Of a stretch of 64,000 bases of DNA, positions 1 through 11,759 are shown one piece after another (the first letter of the stretch is position 1; the number at the start of each line of letters is the position of its first letter). The DNA is from Uliginosibacterium sp. GTDB lineage: Bacteria; Pseudomonadota; Gammaproteobacteria; Burkholderiales; Rhodocyclaceae. The DNA lies in NCBI GenBank assembly GCA_016718265.1, contig JADKDZ010000007.1, positions 197,622 to 261,621 of the forward strand, given 5' to 3'. A program made the position numbers and the translations under genes. The notes under the pieces are model-generated. The model had not been told where the DNA came from, searched no databases, and was given only the letters and a program-made list of their open reading frames with translations.

Positions 1-128
1 GCGTTGAACACGCGCGCCTGCGCTTTGATTTCTGCTCAAATCTTTGATCCCCGAGCGCCGATCAGTCAAAATGCTCGGCTTACAGCTGGCGCCCTTTTGC
101 GCGACAGCCCAATTGCCGAGATGCCACC

Positions 129-1643
<1,515 letters not shown>

Positions 1644-1669
1644 GCCAGAACCGAACCAGGAGCACAAAT

Positions 1670-2266
1670 ATGCCGCAGAACCTCACGCGACCGTTTCACC
1701 CGCTTGTCCAGCGCATCGAACAGGAGGCCATCGTTCAAGGTCACGAGATTCTGAAGATTGATCACTTTCTCAACCACCGCATAGAGCCGTCGTTCATGCA
1801 AGCCATGGCTGAGGAAGTTGCAGAGCGCCTGCGACCCTTCAAGCCCGAAATGGTGCTGACTGCCGAAGCCAGCGGCATCGCGCCAGGCCTGATGGTGGCA
1901 CTCAACCTGGGCGTACCCATGGTCTTCGGGAAGAAGTATCACCCCGAAGTTGAGACGCCAATGCTGTCGCGTCTTATCCCTTCGCCGACCAAAGGCGGTG
2001 ACGTGCGAATGGTCGTTAGCCAACGTTACCTGAAAGCCGGCCAAAGAATAGCCATCGTGGATGACTTTCTGAGTAACGGGCGCACTGCCATCGCCCTGAT
2101 CGAGATTGCACGCGAAGCGGGCTGTGAGCCGGTTGCAGCGGCCTTCCTGGTCGAAAAATGCTTCAAACGCGGCCATAGCCTCATCCAGGAAACCGGCGTT
2201 CCCGTCATCACGCTAGCGCAGGTCGAACAACTTCTGGACGGGAAAGCGATGTTGCGGCAAGCCTGA
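1670..2266 (+). CDS. xpt: Xanthine phosphoribosyltransferase
   Basis: 198-aa ORF 26 nt after lysS. Xpt-type N-terminus (ILKIDHFLNHRIEP) and PRPP-binding loop (IAIVDDFLSNGRTA). Confidence 0.9.
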   Translation: MPQNLTRPFHPLVQRIEQEAIVQGHEILKIDHFLNHRIEPSFMQAMAEEVAERLRPFKPEMVLTAEASGIAPGLMVALNLGVPMVFGKKYHPEVETPMLSRLIPSPTKGGDVRMVVSQRYLKAGQRIAIVDDFLSNGRTAIALIEIAREAGCEPVAAAFLVEKCFKRGHSLIQETGVPVITLAQVEQLLDGKAMLRQA

Positions 2267-2326
2267 CAAAAAAGCCGCGCCAATGCTGGCGCAAGCCAGT
2301 GCTCCTCTATATAATGCGCGGCTCGC

Positions 2327-2416
<90 letters not shown>

Positions 2417-2432
2417 CCTGATCAAACACTTA

Positions 2433-2465
2433 AGCCCGCCTCGGAAGAAGCGGGCTTTTTGTTTT
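2433..2465 (+). terminator. Rho-independent terminator after tRNA-Ser
   Basis: AGCCCGC / GCGGGCT stem around a CTCGGAAGAA loop, followed by TTTTTGTTTT. Confidence 0.8.
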
Positions 2466-3045
2466 GGCTCTTTGTAGTGCCTCACATCGCAGAGTCTTTA
2501 GTCGCCGACAGCACCCAGAAACGCAGAAGCCCACGTGTTTTAAGTGTGGGCTTCATTCTTATTGAACCAAGGCACTCACGGCCCGGGTTTTCGGCTGTTA
2601 ACCGTGGAAGTGCTAGCTGTAATCTAGAATTTGCGGTGGACTACCAACCATAAGACCTCCAATCTCTAAGAACGCCACCTGACATGAATCTTGAAAATTG
2701 CGAGTGGCAATCTCAGCTTAGTACGCAGGCGCTAAAAGTACAGTAACTCTTCGCGCTATCTCAGAAATGCCGCCTCTGCGACAACCGACTGAGCGGCATT
2801 CAAAATACCCCTTACCGCCTACTTATGTCGTCCGACGCCAACAACGTGGCGCATGACCAACGCCAATCCGCCAACGAACTCCCGTTCCCCCGCCGCGCTC
2901 GGGACCTTCGAACACTCGTCACCCACAGACACGTGGCCTCGCGCATACCCGACTCGGACGCATGACTGCCGCCGTCCCGTCTGTACAAAAATGGCGCATC
3001 GCCCATGCCGTACAATGGCCCGCAACACATAGACGGTAGAGCACC

Positions 3046-4769
3046 ATGAGCCCCACTGAACACTTCATTCCGGGAAAGGATGCCTCACTCGAAGCCTCGA
3101 TCTCGACGCTTCAAAGCACGTTGGTATCCTTGGGCTTCAACACGGTTGAACAGTCTTGGCTAAACCCTGTTGAGAATGTGTGGTCGGTACATCTACGCGA
3201 CACAGAGTGCTCGTTGCTTTATACAAACGGCAAAGGGGCCACTGAGTTGGCGGCGCGTGCGAGCGCGCTGGGTGAGTTTTTTGAGCGGCTATCCTGCAAC
3301 TATTTCTGGTCGCATTACTACTTGGGTGAGACCAACGCGACCAGCGATTTTTGCCACTATCCGCAAGAACGGTGGTTCAAACTGGACGGAGAATGGGACT
3401 GGCCGCAGGGGCTCCTGACGCCGGAGTTAGTGGACCTCTATAACCATCAGCACGAGATAGATCCGGAGACCTTGGTCGACCTGAATTCTGGCAACCTCGA
3501 TCGTGGCATCTGTGCGATACCTTATCGCCGACAAACAGACGGGGAAACGGTCTACTTTCCGATCAATATCATTGCGAATCTCTATGTGAGCAACGGGATG
3601 GCTGCCGGAAACTCGGCGGCCGAAGCGCGAACGCAGGCGCTTTCAGAAATCGTCGAGCGCTACGTCAAGTTCCGCGTCATCCGCGACTGCCTGTGCTTGC
3701 CAAGCGTTCCGGAAGACGTCATCGCGCGCTTTCCGAAAATCGCAGCCGACCTGGCAAGTTTGCGCGAGGCAGGCTTCGGCATTCTCGTTCGTGATGCCTC
3801 GCTAGGCGGCCAATACCCTGTCCTGAACGTCACCTTGTTGAACCCGCATGACCAAGGTTGCTTTGTGAGTTTCGGCGCCCACCCCGCTTTGAAGTAGCAC
3901 TGGAGCGGGCACTTACCGAGCTATTGCAGGGGCGGGCCTTGAATGCGCTAGGGGGCTTTCCTCCGCCAGGGCTGGATCGCGAGGAAGTCGCGTCCGTGCC
4001 AAACCTGGAAATTCATTTTGTCGACTCCAGTGGCATCGTTCATTGGGACTTTCTTGCGGAAACGCCGGACTACATTTTTCACGACTGGAACTTCCTCGGC
4101 TCGACTGCCGAGGAATTCGAGTACCTGGCGAGCTTGATTCAAGCGCCGGGCCACGACATTTACATTGCTGATTTCACGCATCTAGGCGTTTACACATGTC
4201 GAGTCATTGTCCCTGGCATGTCTGAGATATACCCGGTCGATGAGTTGGAGTTCGACAACAACAGTGTCGGCAACGACCTCAGGCCAAGCATACTGGTGCT
4301 TGATCGACTCGACGACGAGCAGATCGCGGACCTTCTGGAAGCGCTGCAAGACCTAGGCCTCGACGATCAAAGACTGGTCGCCGCCATCATCGGCCTCGCG
4401 ACGGATCCCGAGACGATATGGGCGGATCTGCGCGTCGGAGAGCTAAAACTGATGCTTGCACTCGCAATCGGCGACGAAGAAGCCATGCGCGAAGGACTCG
4501 ACTGGGTGCGTCATTTTGGACAGATCAATCCACAGCGAAGCAGGGTATATCGCTGTATCGAAAGCCTGCTCTTGATTGACGAGAACAAGCACTACGATCA
4601 GGCCTTAGCGGCTTTGTACGGGGACGCGACGGTCAGTCAAGCAACCCGCTTGCTCGTCGGAGAAGAGCGTTTCTTTGGCCTCTCCGCCCCGGGAGAGAGT
4701 CTTGAAGGCTGTGTCGCACACCAGGCTCTGCTTGAAGCCTACGCAAAAGTGCAATCCGCTAAACACTAG
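3046..4769 (+). pseudogene. ycaO: YcaO-type protein (E. coli YcaO family), interrupted by one frameshift
   Basis: ORFs 3046-3897 (283 aa) and 3858-4769 (303 aa) align end to end with E. coli-type YcaO (FIPGKDA, NGKGAT, FGAHP | FEVALERALTELLQGR). The frames differ by one base and the junction is at the C4 run 3882-3885. One added base restores a protein of about 586 aa. Confidence 0.85.
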
Positions 4770-4870
4770 CTCGCTACAAAAAGCGCAGCCGCCGGGCGGA
4801 GAGGCGCCCGGCGGCTGCGGTGCACGACTTCGGGCCCTCCTTCCGGACGCGGCGGACCTTGAGCGCGCAG

Positions 4871-5740
4871 TCAGTTCCCACGAATGAGCGTTCTGACGAA
4901 GCTCACCAACTCAGGATTCTCAGCTTTGATCGTGATGTGCTCGGGCACGCGAACCAGGTACCACTGCACACGGTAATTTAGCGACGCGGAAGGCTCGAGC
5001 GCACGGTAGGGGCCATGATTCTCTAGCTCGATGTAGATGCCGCCGTCGTGGCCCCAAATTTCAACTTCACCCTGCTCCGGCGCATAGTCTGCCGGAGACG
5101 TATCCTGGAACGTCTTGACGAAGAGGCAGCGCTCCGGCACAACGTGAGCAAGCCAGCCTTCCTTTGCACCACTGAACAACTTGCATCCAGGGTTCAGGAA
5201 AGTGGCATCGAACGCGTACCAGCAGATCCCCTCACTGCGCGTTACCGGTTGTAGCGCTGTCGCCGGCAGACCCGGCACCTCTTCGTAGGGAAAAAAGCTG
5301 AGCCCTCCCGGGACGCGGGTAACTTCCCACGGGCCGACATTCAGCGTGTTCGTTCCACTGTTTTTGATTCGATACTCAATTTCGAAGCAGCCACGCGTAG
5401 GATCCGTTCGGAATTGCTTCACAAACTGAAGCCCCGACGGATCTACCTTGCTCTCGAGCGTAAGCACACCGTTATCCAAGCCGACCGAATAGGGTTCCGA
5501 ATCCAGTGCAGCTCGCGGAGGCCAATTCCAGTTGACCTGGGGCGCATCCCAGAACGTAGACCCGTAGTTCTCGGCGTGCACAGACGCGGGGGTCAGCATT
5601 TCGATATTGCCGATAGACAGCGAAACGATGCGTCCGCCAGCCAGTGCGTCGACCTCCATTCCCAATTCGCCACAGTGCAATTTCTGCCTGGGCCCCTCGA
5701 CAGCGCCCCCCCTTAGTTCCCCTTGCAAGCGATGACTCAC
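4871..5740 (-). CDS. Galactose-mutarotase-like / DUF4380-like protein
   Basis: 289-aa ORF with a GTG start 6 nt after GGAGGA. All-beta-looking sequence with an LAGGRIVSL strand motif typical of aldose-epimerase-like folds. Divergent from the GH94 genes. Family assignment is from memory and was not searched. Confidence 0.6.
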   Translation of the reverse strand: MSHRLQGELRGGAVEGPRQKLHCGELGMEVDALAGGRIVSLSIGNIEMLTPASVHAENYGSTFWDAPQVNWNWPPRAALDSEPYSVGLDNGVLTLESKVDPSGLQFVKQFRTDPTRGCFEIEYRIKNSGTNTLNVGPWEVTRVPGGLSFFPYEEVPGLPATALQPVTRSEGICWYAFDATFLNPGCKLFSGAKEGWLAHVVPERCLFVKTFQDTSPADYAPEQGEVEIWGHDGGIYIELENHGPYRALEPSASLNYRVQWYLVRVPEHITIKAENPELVSFVRTLIRGN

Positions 5741-5910
5741 GAACTTTCCTCCATTTTATTGGGGCTAACCCCTTTGCAATATGAAAACGTTTTCAGGTAT
5801 AAATAGCGGCGTAGCACATCCGAGGCCGTAAAGCTGTTTGGACAACGCGATTGTACAAACCACCCATGCGGCCGTGCCAGAGATACATAACTGCGAGGAA
5901 GATACGGAAA

Positions 5911-8379
5911 ATGAACGACAAGGCCCCGAACGCCTTTGGCTATTTTGATGATACCGCCCGTGAATACGTCATAACGCGACCGGACACTCCCCTGCCATGG
6001 CTGAACTACCTGGGTCAGGACGAATTCTTCGGCCTGTGCACCAACACGGCCGGCGGTTACACCTTCTGGAAGGATGCCAAGCTGCGTCGCCTGACGCGTT
6101 ACCGTTACAACAACGTGCCGTACGATCTGGGTGGTCGCTACTTCTACGTCAACGACAATGGCTCCGTCTGGAACCCAGGCTGGAAGCCCGTCAAGGCCAA
6201 GAACGTGAGCTACGAATGTCGTCATGGCCTGGGCTACTCCCGCATCGTCGGCGAAAAGGACGGCCTGGAAGTCGAAACACTGTTCTTTGTGCCGCCGGGT
6301 GAAAACCTCGAAGTCTGGAAAGTCACCGTCCGCAACAAGTCTACGGTGCGCAAGGCGCCGAAACTGTTCTCCTATCAGGAGTTCTGTTTCTTCGAAGCAC
6401 TTAACGACATGACGAACTATCAACGCACCTACTCGATCGGAGAGGTGGAAGTTGAAGGCTCGGCGATCTATCACAAGACAGAGTTCCGTGAGCGTCGCAA
6501 CCACTACACGCTGTTCGCCTGTACCCGCCCGATAGCAGGCTTTGACACCTCTCGCGATGCCTTCGTTGGCATTCACGAAGGTCTGCATGAAGCCAAGGTG
6601 CCGTTCGCCGGCAAAGCGACCAACTCGATGGCCTTTGGCTGGAACCCGATCGGTTCGCACCAGATTGATCTGGACCTGGCACCGGGCGCTGAAGAAACCT
6701 TCTCCTTCGTGCTGGCTTATGTCGAGCAGGGCGACGAACCGAAGTTCGATGCCCCCTTCGTGATGAACAAGAAGGTCGGCCGCGAGATTGTCGCCAAGTA
6801 CTCGGCCCCAGGCGCCGTTGAAGCTGCGCTGGCCAACCTGAAAAAATACTGGGACGATCTGCTGGGCAACTTCCAGGCTGATTGCCCGAACGAGCACGCC
6901 AACCGCATGCTCAATACCTGGAACCAGTACCAGTGTATGGCCACTTTCAACATGAGCCGTTCGGCCTCCATGTATGAAACCGGGATTGGCCGTGGCATGG
7001 GCTTCCGTGATTCGAACCAGGATTTGCTCGGCTTCGTGCACATGATCCCGAGCCGCGCACGTGGCCGCATTCTGGACATTGCTGCAACCCAACTGTCGGA
7101 CGGCACCTGCTACCACCAGTACCAGCCGCTGACCAAGAAGGGCAACGCCGACATCGGCGGCGACTTCTACGACGATCACCTGTGGCTGATCCTCTCGACC
7201 TGTTCCTACATCAAGGAGTCCGGCGATACCGACATCCTCTCTGCGCCTTGCGGCTATGCTGACAAGCAGTACGCTTCGGATGCCGAGAAGGAGACCCTGC
7301 TGCACCACCTGGAAACGTCCATCGCCTACACGATGAAGAAGCGTGGCCCGAACGGTCTACCGCTCATTGGACACGCCGACTGGAACGACTGTCTGAACCT
7401 GAATTGCTTCTCGACCGAGCCTAACGAGTCTTTCCAGACTGCAGGCGATGTGCATGACTCAAAGGCCGAGTCCGTGATGATTGCTGGCTTGTTCCTGTAT
7501 GCAGCCCGCGACATGGCCGAGCTCTTCGACTTCCTTGGCAAGGCAGACAACGCCAAGAAGATGCGCGACAACTACGCTGACATGCTGAAGACGGTTGAAA
7601 GCGTCGCGTGGGACGGCGAGTGGTACACCCGCGCTTACGATGCCCGTGGGCAGGTGGTTGGTTCCAAGACCAACGAAGAAGGCAAGATCTTCATCGAAAG
7701 CCAGGGCTGGTGTGTCCTCGGCGGTGCAGGCGCAGACAACGGCCGCGCCCGCCAGGCGATGGAATCGGTCCACAAACACCTGTTCACCAAGAACGGCATC
7801 GTGCTGCAACAACCGGCCTACTCCACCTATGACCTGAACCTGGGCGAAGTCACCTCCTACCCGCCGGGCGTGAAGGAAAACGCGGGTATTTTCAGCCACA
7901 ACAACACCTGGATTCACTTGGGCTGGTGTTTGCTGGGCGAAGGCGACCGTGCGCTGGAGTACTACCTTTCCATCTGCCCGTCTGCCAAGCAAGACCAGAT
8001 CGAAACCTATCGCGGCGAGCCTTATGTCTATCCGCAGATGATCGCGGGCAAGGATGCGCCCTGCTTTGGCGAAGCCAAGAATAACTGGCTCACCGGCACG
8101 GCAGCATGGACATTTGTCGTGGTCTCGCAAGGGCTGCTCGGCATCAAGCCGGACTACACCGGGCTGCGCGTCGATCCATGCATCCCGAAGGGCTGGACGG
8201 GCTTTACCTCGACACGTCGTTTCCGTGGTGATACGTACGAAATCACTGTCAAGAACCCGAACAGCGTCTGCAAGGGCGTCAAGAAGCTGATCGTGGATGG
8301 CAAAGAGCTCGATGCAAGCAAGCCAATTCCGTTCTCGGGAGATGGCAAGTCACATCAGGTTGAGGTCATTCTCGGTTAA
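5911..8379 (+). CDS. GH94 glycoside phosphorylase (cellobiose/chitobiose phosphorylase family), copy 1
   Basis: 822 aa from the ATG at 5911; the longer ORF from 5851 is unlikely. N-terminus FGYFDDTAREYVITRPDTPLPWLNYLG, catalytic-region motif GHADWNDCLNL, and GIFSHNNTW. Confidence 0.9.
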   Translation: MNDKAPNAFGYFDDTAREYVITRPDTPLPWLNYLGQDEFFGLCTNTAGGYTFWKDAKLRRLTRYRYNNVPYDLGGRYFYVNDNGSVWNPGWKPVKAKNVSYECRHGLGYSRIVGEKDGLEVETLFFVPPGENLEVWKVTVRNKSTVRKAPKLFSYQEFCFFEALNDMTNYQRTYSIGEVEVEGSAIYHKTEFRERRNHYTLFACTRPIAGFDTSRDAFVGIHEGLHEAKVPFAGKATNSMAFGWNPIGSHQIDLDLAPGAEETFSFVLAYVEQGDEPKFDAPFVMNKKVGREIVAKYSAPGAVEAALANLKKYWDDLLGNFQADCPNEHANRMLNTWNQYQCMATFNMSRSASMYETGIGRGMGFRDSNQDLLGFVHMIPSRARGRILDIAATQLSDGTCYHQYQPLTKKGNADIGGDFYDDHLWLILSTCSYIKESGDTDILSAPCGYADKQYASDAEKETLLHHLETSIAYTMKKRGPNGLPLIGHADWNDCLNLNCFSTEPNESFQTAGDVHDSKAESVMIAGLFLYAARDMAELFDFLGKADNAKKMRDNYADMLKTVESVAWDGEWYTRAYDARGQVVGSKTNEEGKIFIESQGWCVLGGAGADNGRARQAMESVHKHLFTKNGIVLQQPAYSTYDLNLGEVTSYPPGVKENAGIFSHNNTWIHLGWCLLGEGDRALEYYLSICPSAKQDQIETYRGEPYVYPQMIAGKDAPCFGEAKNNWLTGTAAWTFVVVSQGLLGIKPDYTGLRVDPCIPKGWTGFTSTRRFRGDTYEITVKNPNSVCKGVKKLIVDGKELDASKPIPFSGDGKSHQVEVILG

Positions 8380-8399
8380 TACGACTTTAGTCTAGAATC

Positions 8400-8433
8400 G
8401 CTCGGCGTACGAAATTGTGCGCCGAGCTTTTTT
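8400..8433 (+). terminator. Hairpin plus T-run between the two GH94 genes
   Basis: GCTCGGCG ... CGCCGAGC stem followed by TTTTTT. Confidence 0.7.
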
Positions 8434-8483
8434 GCATTCAGACACTTATCATTCGTTTTCCGCTCTCTGGAGACAGCGCAACC

Positions 8484-10895
8484 ATGAAATACGGTTACTT
8501 TGATGACGCCAAGCGCGAGTACGTCATCACCAATCCGAAAACTCCGGTCAAATGGATCAACTATGTCGGCGGACTCACCTTTGGTGGCTTCATCGACCAG
8601 ACCGGTGGTTCGCTGATCTGCAAGGGCGATCCGGCACTGAACCGCATCGTCAAATACCTGCCGCAAGCGCCAGCATCCGACTTCAAGGGTGAGACGCTCT
8701 ACCTGCGCTTCAAACAGGCCGACGGCAGCTACAAGGTCTTCTCGCCTTTCTTCGTCCCGACGCTGGACAAGTACGACCTCTACGAGTGTCACGTCGGGTT
8801 GGGCTACTCGACCTACATCTCCGAGTTCTATGGCATTCGCACCGAAGTCACGGTTTTCGTGCCTTTTGGCGAAACCCGCGTCATCCGTGACATCAAGGTC
8901 ACGAACAAGACCGGCAAGCCGATCGCAATCGACGCAATCCCGGTGGTCGAATACACCCACTTCGATGCGCTCAAGCAATTCACGAACGCCGACTGGGTTC
9001 CCCAGACCATGCAGAGCCGTGCAGTTCGCGAAGGCGAACTGATGGCGCTGACCCAGTACGCATTCATGAATCGCGACACGGCGGTGAACTACTTCACATC
9101 CAACCTGCCCGTCTCTTCGTTCGAGTCCGACCGTAAGCGTTTCCTTGGCGACAACGAGTATGGCTCGTGGCGCGCACCGCTCGCGCTCGACAACGCTGAG
9201 CTCTCTAACTTCGAAGCAAACCGTGGCGACAACATCGCGGCCCTGCTCCACCACCTCGGCGAGCTTCAGCCTGGCGAAACGCGCCGCCTGATCACTCAGC
9301 TTGCGCAGGCCAAGACCGTTGAGACCGACTCAGTGGCAATAGCCAGGTTCCGGGATCCCGCCAACGTTGATAGTGCCCTCGCCGAACTGGCAAAATTCTG
9401 GGACGACTATCTCGCCGCACTGCAGGTCAAGACACCGGACGCGAACTTCAACAGCATGATCAACGTCCACAACCCGCGCCAGTGCAACACGACCAAGAAC
9501 TGGTCGCGCGATCTCTCGCTCTACCAACTGGGCTTTGGTGGACGCGGCATTGGCTTCCGAGACAGCTCTCAAGACTCGATGGGGATGGTCGCCAACGATC
9601 CGGAAGGTGCGCATGGTCTGATCACCAAACTGCTTCACGTGCAGAACCGCGATGGTTCGGCGATGCATCAGTTTTTCCCTTCCACAATGGTAGCCACCGC
9701 CGGCGACTCGCATGAATTCCCAGATCGCCCGCATTTCTATGGCGACGACCACCTCTGGATCATTCTGGCCGTCAATGCCTATCTCAAGGAAACCGGCAAC
9801 CTGGCGTTTCTGCAAGAGCAGATTCCGTTCTACGACAAAAGCGAAGATGGCAAAGCTATCGAGGCGGGCACCGTATTCGAGCATCTCAAGCGCGCCGTCG
9901 AATTCACCTGGAGCCACCGCGGCAAGCACGGTCTGCCGCTGCTCGGGTTTGCTGACTGGAACGACACCGTCAATCTTCGAACTGGCGCGGAATCGAACTT
10001 CATTGCGCCGCAGTTCGGCCAAGCACTGAAGGAAATGATCGATCTCGCGGAGACGGTCGGTGACCTCGAACTGGTCAAGCGTTATCAGGCCTATTACGCC
10101 GAAATGAAAGAAGCGGTCAACCGTGAAACCTGGGACGGTGAGTGGTATGTACGCTACTTCGATCACGACGGTACTCCGCTCGGCTCCCGCAAGAACACTC
10201 ACGGCAAGATTTACATCAATTCACAGAGCTGGAACGTGCTCTGCGGCTTCGCCGAAGGCGAACGCGCGCAGGTAGCACTGGACTCCGTCAACAAGCACTT
10301 GAACACTACCAACGGCCTCAAGCTCTCGGCGCCCGGCTTTAACGGCTACGACCGCAACCTCGGCGGGGTCTCCACCTATCCGCCCGGGGCCAAGGAGAAC
10401 GGGGGCATCTTCCTGCACACCAACCCCTGGGTGATGATTGCGGAAACCGTAGTCGGCAATGGTGATCGTGCTTACCAGTACTACAACCAGATCAATCCAG
10501 CGTTCAAGAACGACTGCATCGACGAGTTCGAGGCCGAACCCTACTGCTACCCGCAGAATATGCTTGGCGACGAACACCCACAATTTGGTCTTGGCCGTAA
10601 CAGTTGGCTGTCGGGCACATCATCCTGGACCTACCAGGCGGCGACACGCTTCATTCTCGGGATTCAGCCGACCTACAAGGGGCTGCAAATCAACCCGTGC
10701 ATTCCGAAAGACTGGGATGGCTTTTCGGCGACCCGAAAGTATCGCGGCGCAAGCTATGAAATAGTGGTGAATAATGCTGCGCATGTCAGCAAAGGGGTCA
10801 AATCAATTAGCGTCGACGGCAAGCTGATTGACGGTAACGTACTACCTTTGTTCACGAGTGGACACCACAGCGTTGAAGTAATCATGGGCGAATAA
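8484..10895 (+). CDS. GH94 glycoside phosphorylase, copy 2 (diverged paralog)
   Basis: 803 aa from the ATG at 8484 (MKYGYFDDAKREYVITNPKTPVKWINYVGG). Motifs GFADWNDTVNL and GGIFLHTNPW. Collinear with copy 1 but clearly diverged. Confidence 0.9.
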   Translation: MKYGYFDDAKREYVITNPKTPVKWINYVGGLTFGGFIDQTGGSLICKGDPALNRIVKYLPQAPASDFKGETLYLRFKQADGSYKVFSPFFVPTLDKYDLYECHVGLGYSTYISEFYGIRTEVTVFVPFGETRVIRDIKVTNKTGKPIAIDAIPVVEYTHFDALKQFTNADWVPQTMQSRAVREGELMALTQYAFMNRDTAVNYFTSNLPVSSFESDRKRFLGDNEYGSWRAPLALDNAELSNFEANRGDNIAALLHHLGELQPGETRRLITQLAQAKTVETDSVAIARFRDPANVDSALAELAKFWDDYLAALQVKTPDANFNSMINVHNPRQCNTTKNWSRDLSLYQLGFGGRGIGFRDSSQDSMGMVANDPEGAHGLITKLLHVQNRDGSAMHQFFPSTMVATAGDSHEFPDRPHFYGDDHLWIILAVNAYLKETGNLAFLQEQIPFYDKSEDGKAIEAGTVFEHLKRAVEFTWSHRGKHGLPLLGFADWNDTVNLRTGAESNFIAPQFGQALKEMIDLAETVGDLELVKRYQAYYAEMKEAVNRETWDGEWYVRYFDHDGTPLGSRKNTHGKIYINSQSWNVLCGFAEGERAQVALDSVNKHLNTTNGLKLSAPGFNGYDRNLGGVSTYPPGAKENGGIFLHTNPWVMIAETVVGNGDRAYQYYNQINPAFKNDCIDEFEAEPYCYPQNMLGDEHPQFGLGRNSWLSGTSSWTYQAATRFILGIQPTYKGLQINPCIPKDWDGFSATRKYRGASYEIVVNNAAHVSKGVKSISVDGKLIDGNVLPLFTSGHHSVEVIMGE

Positions 10896-10930
10896 AAATC
10901 GAATTTATCGACACAGATTTCAGATAGCAA

Positions 10931-10968
10931 AACGGGAATTCAGTCTCAATCTGAATTCCCGTTTTTTT
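10931..10968 (+). terminator. Rho-independent terminator after GH94 copy 2
   Basis: AACGGGAATTCAG / CTGAATTCCCGTT 13-bp stem followed by a T-run. Confidence 0.85.
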
Positions 10969-11013
10969 GCTCATCAAAGGCGCAGAAAGTCACGCGATGA
11001 CGAGGCGTTTGAG

Positions 11014-11044
11014 CAAAAAAAACGCAGCTCTCTCAGGAGCTGCG
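11014..11044 (-). terminator. Minus-strand rho-independent terminator with no annotated gene upstream
   Basis: CGCAGCTC / GAGCTGCG stem preceded on the plus strand by A9, which is a U-run on the minus strand. No convincing ORF between it and osmC. Confidence 0.5.
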
Positions 11045-11329
11045 CCAAGTCCACACCAAAGGAGGAGGGTGGAGGAGACAATCTACGATTACACCCGGCC
11101 AAAACACTGGCAGACGGCGAATCAACGATTTCATTATGCGCAATCGCCTTGTGCGTTGCAAGATTTATTCGTCGGAATTCGACTCAATCTTTCTATCTAA
11201 AAATCAATGTGACTTATGGGCAGTCCCGTCAACATAAAAGGGCAAAAGCACCCTGCCACGCACCGTAACACCAGCGAAATACGCTGAACAAGCTAGAATT
11301 CCCATCCCGACAGACGAGACAAATAGATC

Positions 11330-11752
11330 ATGGAATGCACAATCAAATGGGCCGGAAACGCTCAGTTTATTGCGGAGACAGGAAGCGGGCACGCAGTCGT
11401 CATGGAAGGCGCTGCAGAACTCGGCGGGAATAACCATGCGCCTCGACCAATGGAAATGATCCTCGCGGGCGCGGGGGGATGTACTGCATACGACGTTGTA
11501 CTAATACTTAAGCGTGGCCGGCACGCGGTTACGGCCTGCGAGGTCAAAATGCACGCAGAGCGCGCTGACACCGACCCGAAGGTATTTACGAAGATCCACT
11601 ATCACTACATCGTATCGGGCCAGCGCCTCAAAGCCGAAGTTGTCGAAAGGGCCATCAAGTTATCGGCAGACAAATACTGTTCAGCTTCTTTCATGCTGGG
11701 AAAAACAGCAGAGATCACACACGATTTCGAGATCCAGGATTCGGACTCCTGA
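11330..11752 (+). CDS. OsmC/Ohr-family protein
   Basis: 140 aa with the two conserved Cys contexts of OsmC-like proteins (GGCTAYD, KYCSAS). Confidence 0.85.
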   Translation: MECTIKWAGNAQFIAETGSGHAVVMEGAAELGGNNHAPRPMEMILAGAGGCTAYDVVLILKRGRHAVTACEVKMHAERADTDPKVFTKIHYHYIVSGQRLKAEVVERAIKLSADKYCSASFMLGKTAEITHDFEIQDSDS

Positions 11753-11759
11753 AGACGCG

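Noticed and set aside
5737-7308. 523-aa minus-strand ORF antisense to GH94 copy 1. Similar long antisense or alternate-frame ORFs occur at 7459-8130, 8376-9254, 9330-10202, 13308-13970, 14013-14654, 31972-33573, 35467-36504, 36784-37833, 41003-42496, 43051-43989 and 44837-45829.
   Set aside because: These are shadow ORFs typical of high-GC DNA. They overlap genes with strong family signatures on the other strand or frame and have low-complexity Arg/Ala/Gly-rich translations.
10967-11200. 77-aa plus-strand ORF after the GH94 terminator.
   Set aside because: No RBS and an unremarkable composition. It runs through a minus-strand terminator hairpin.
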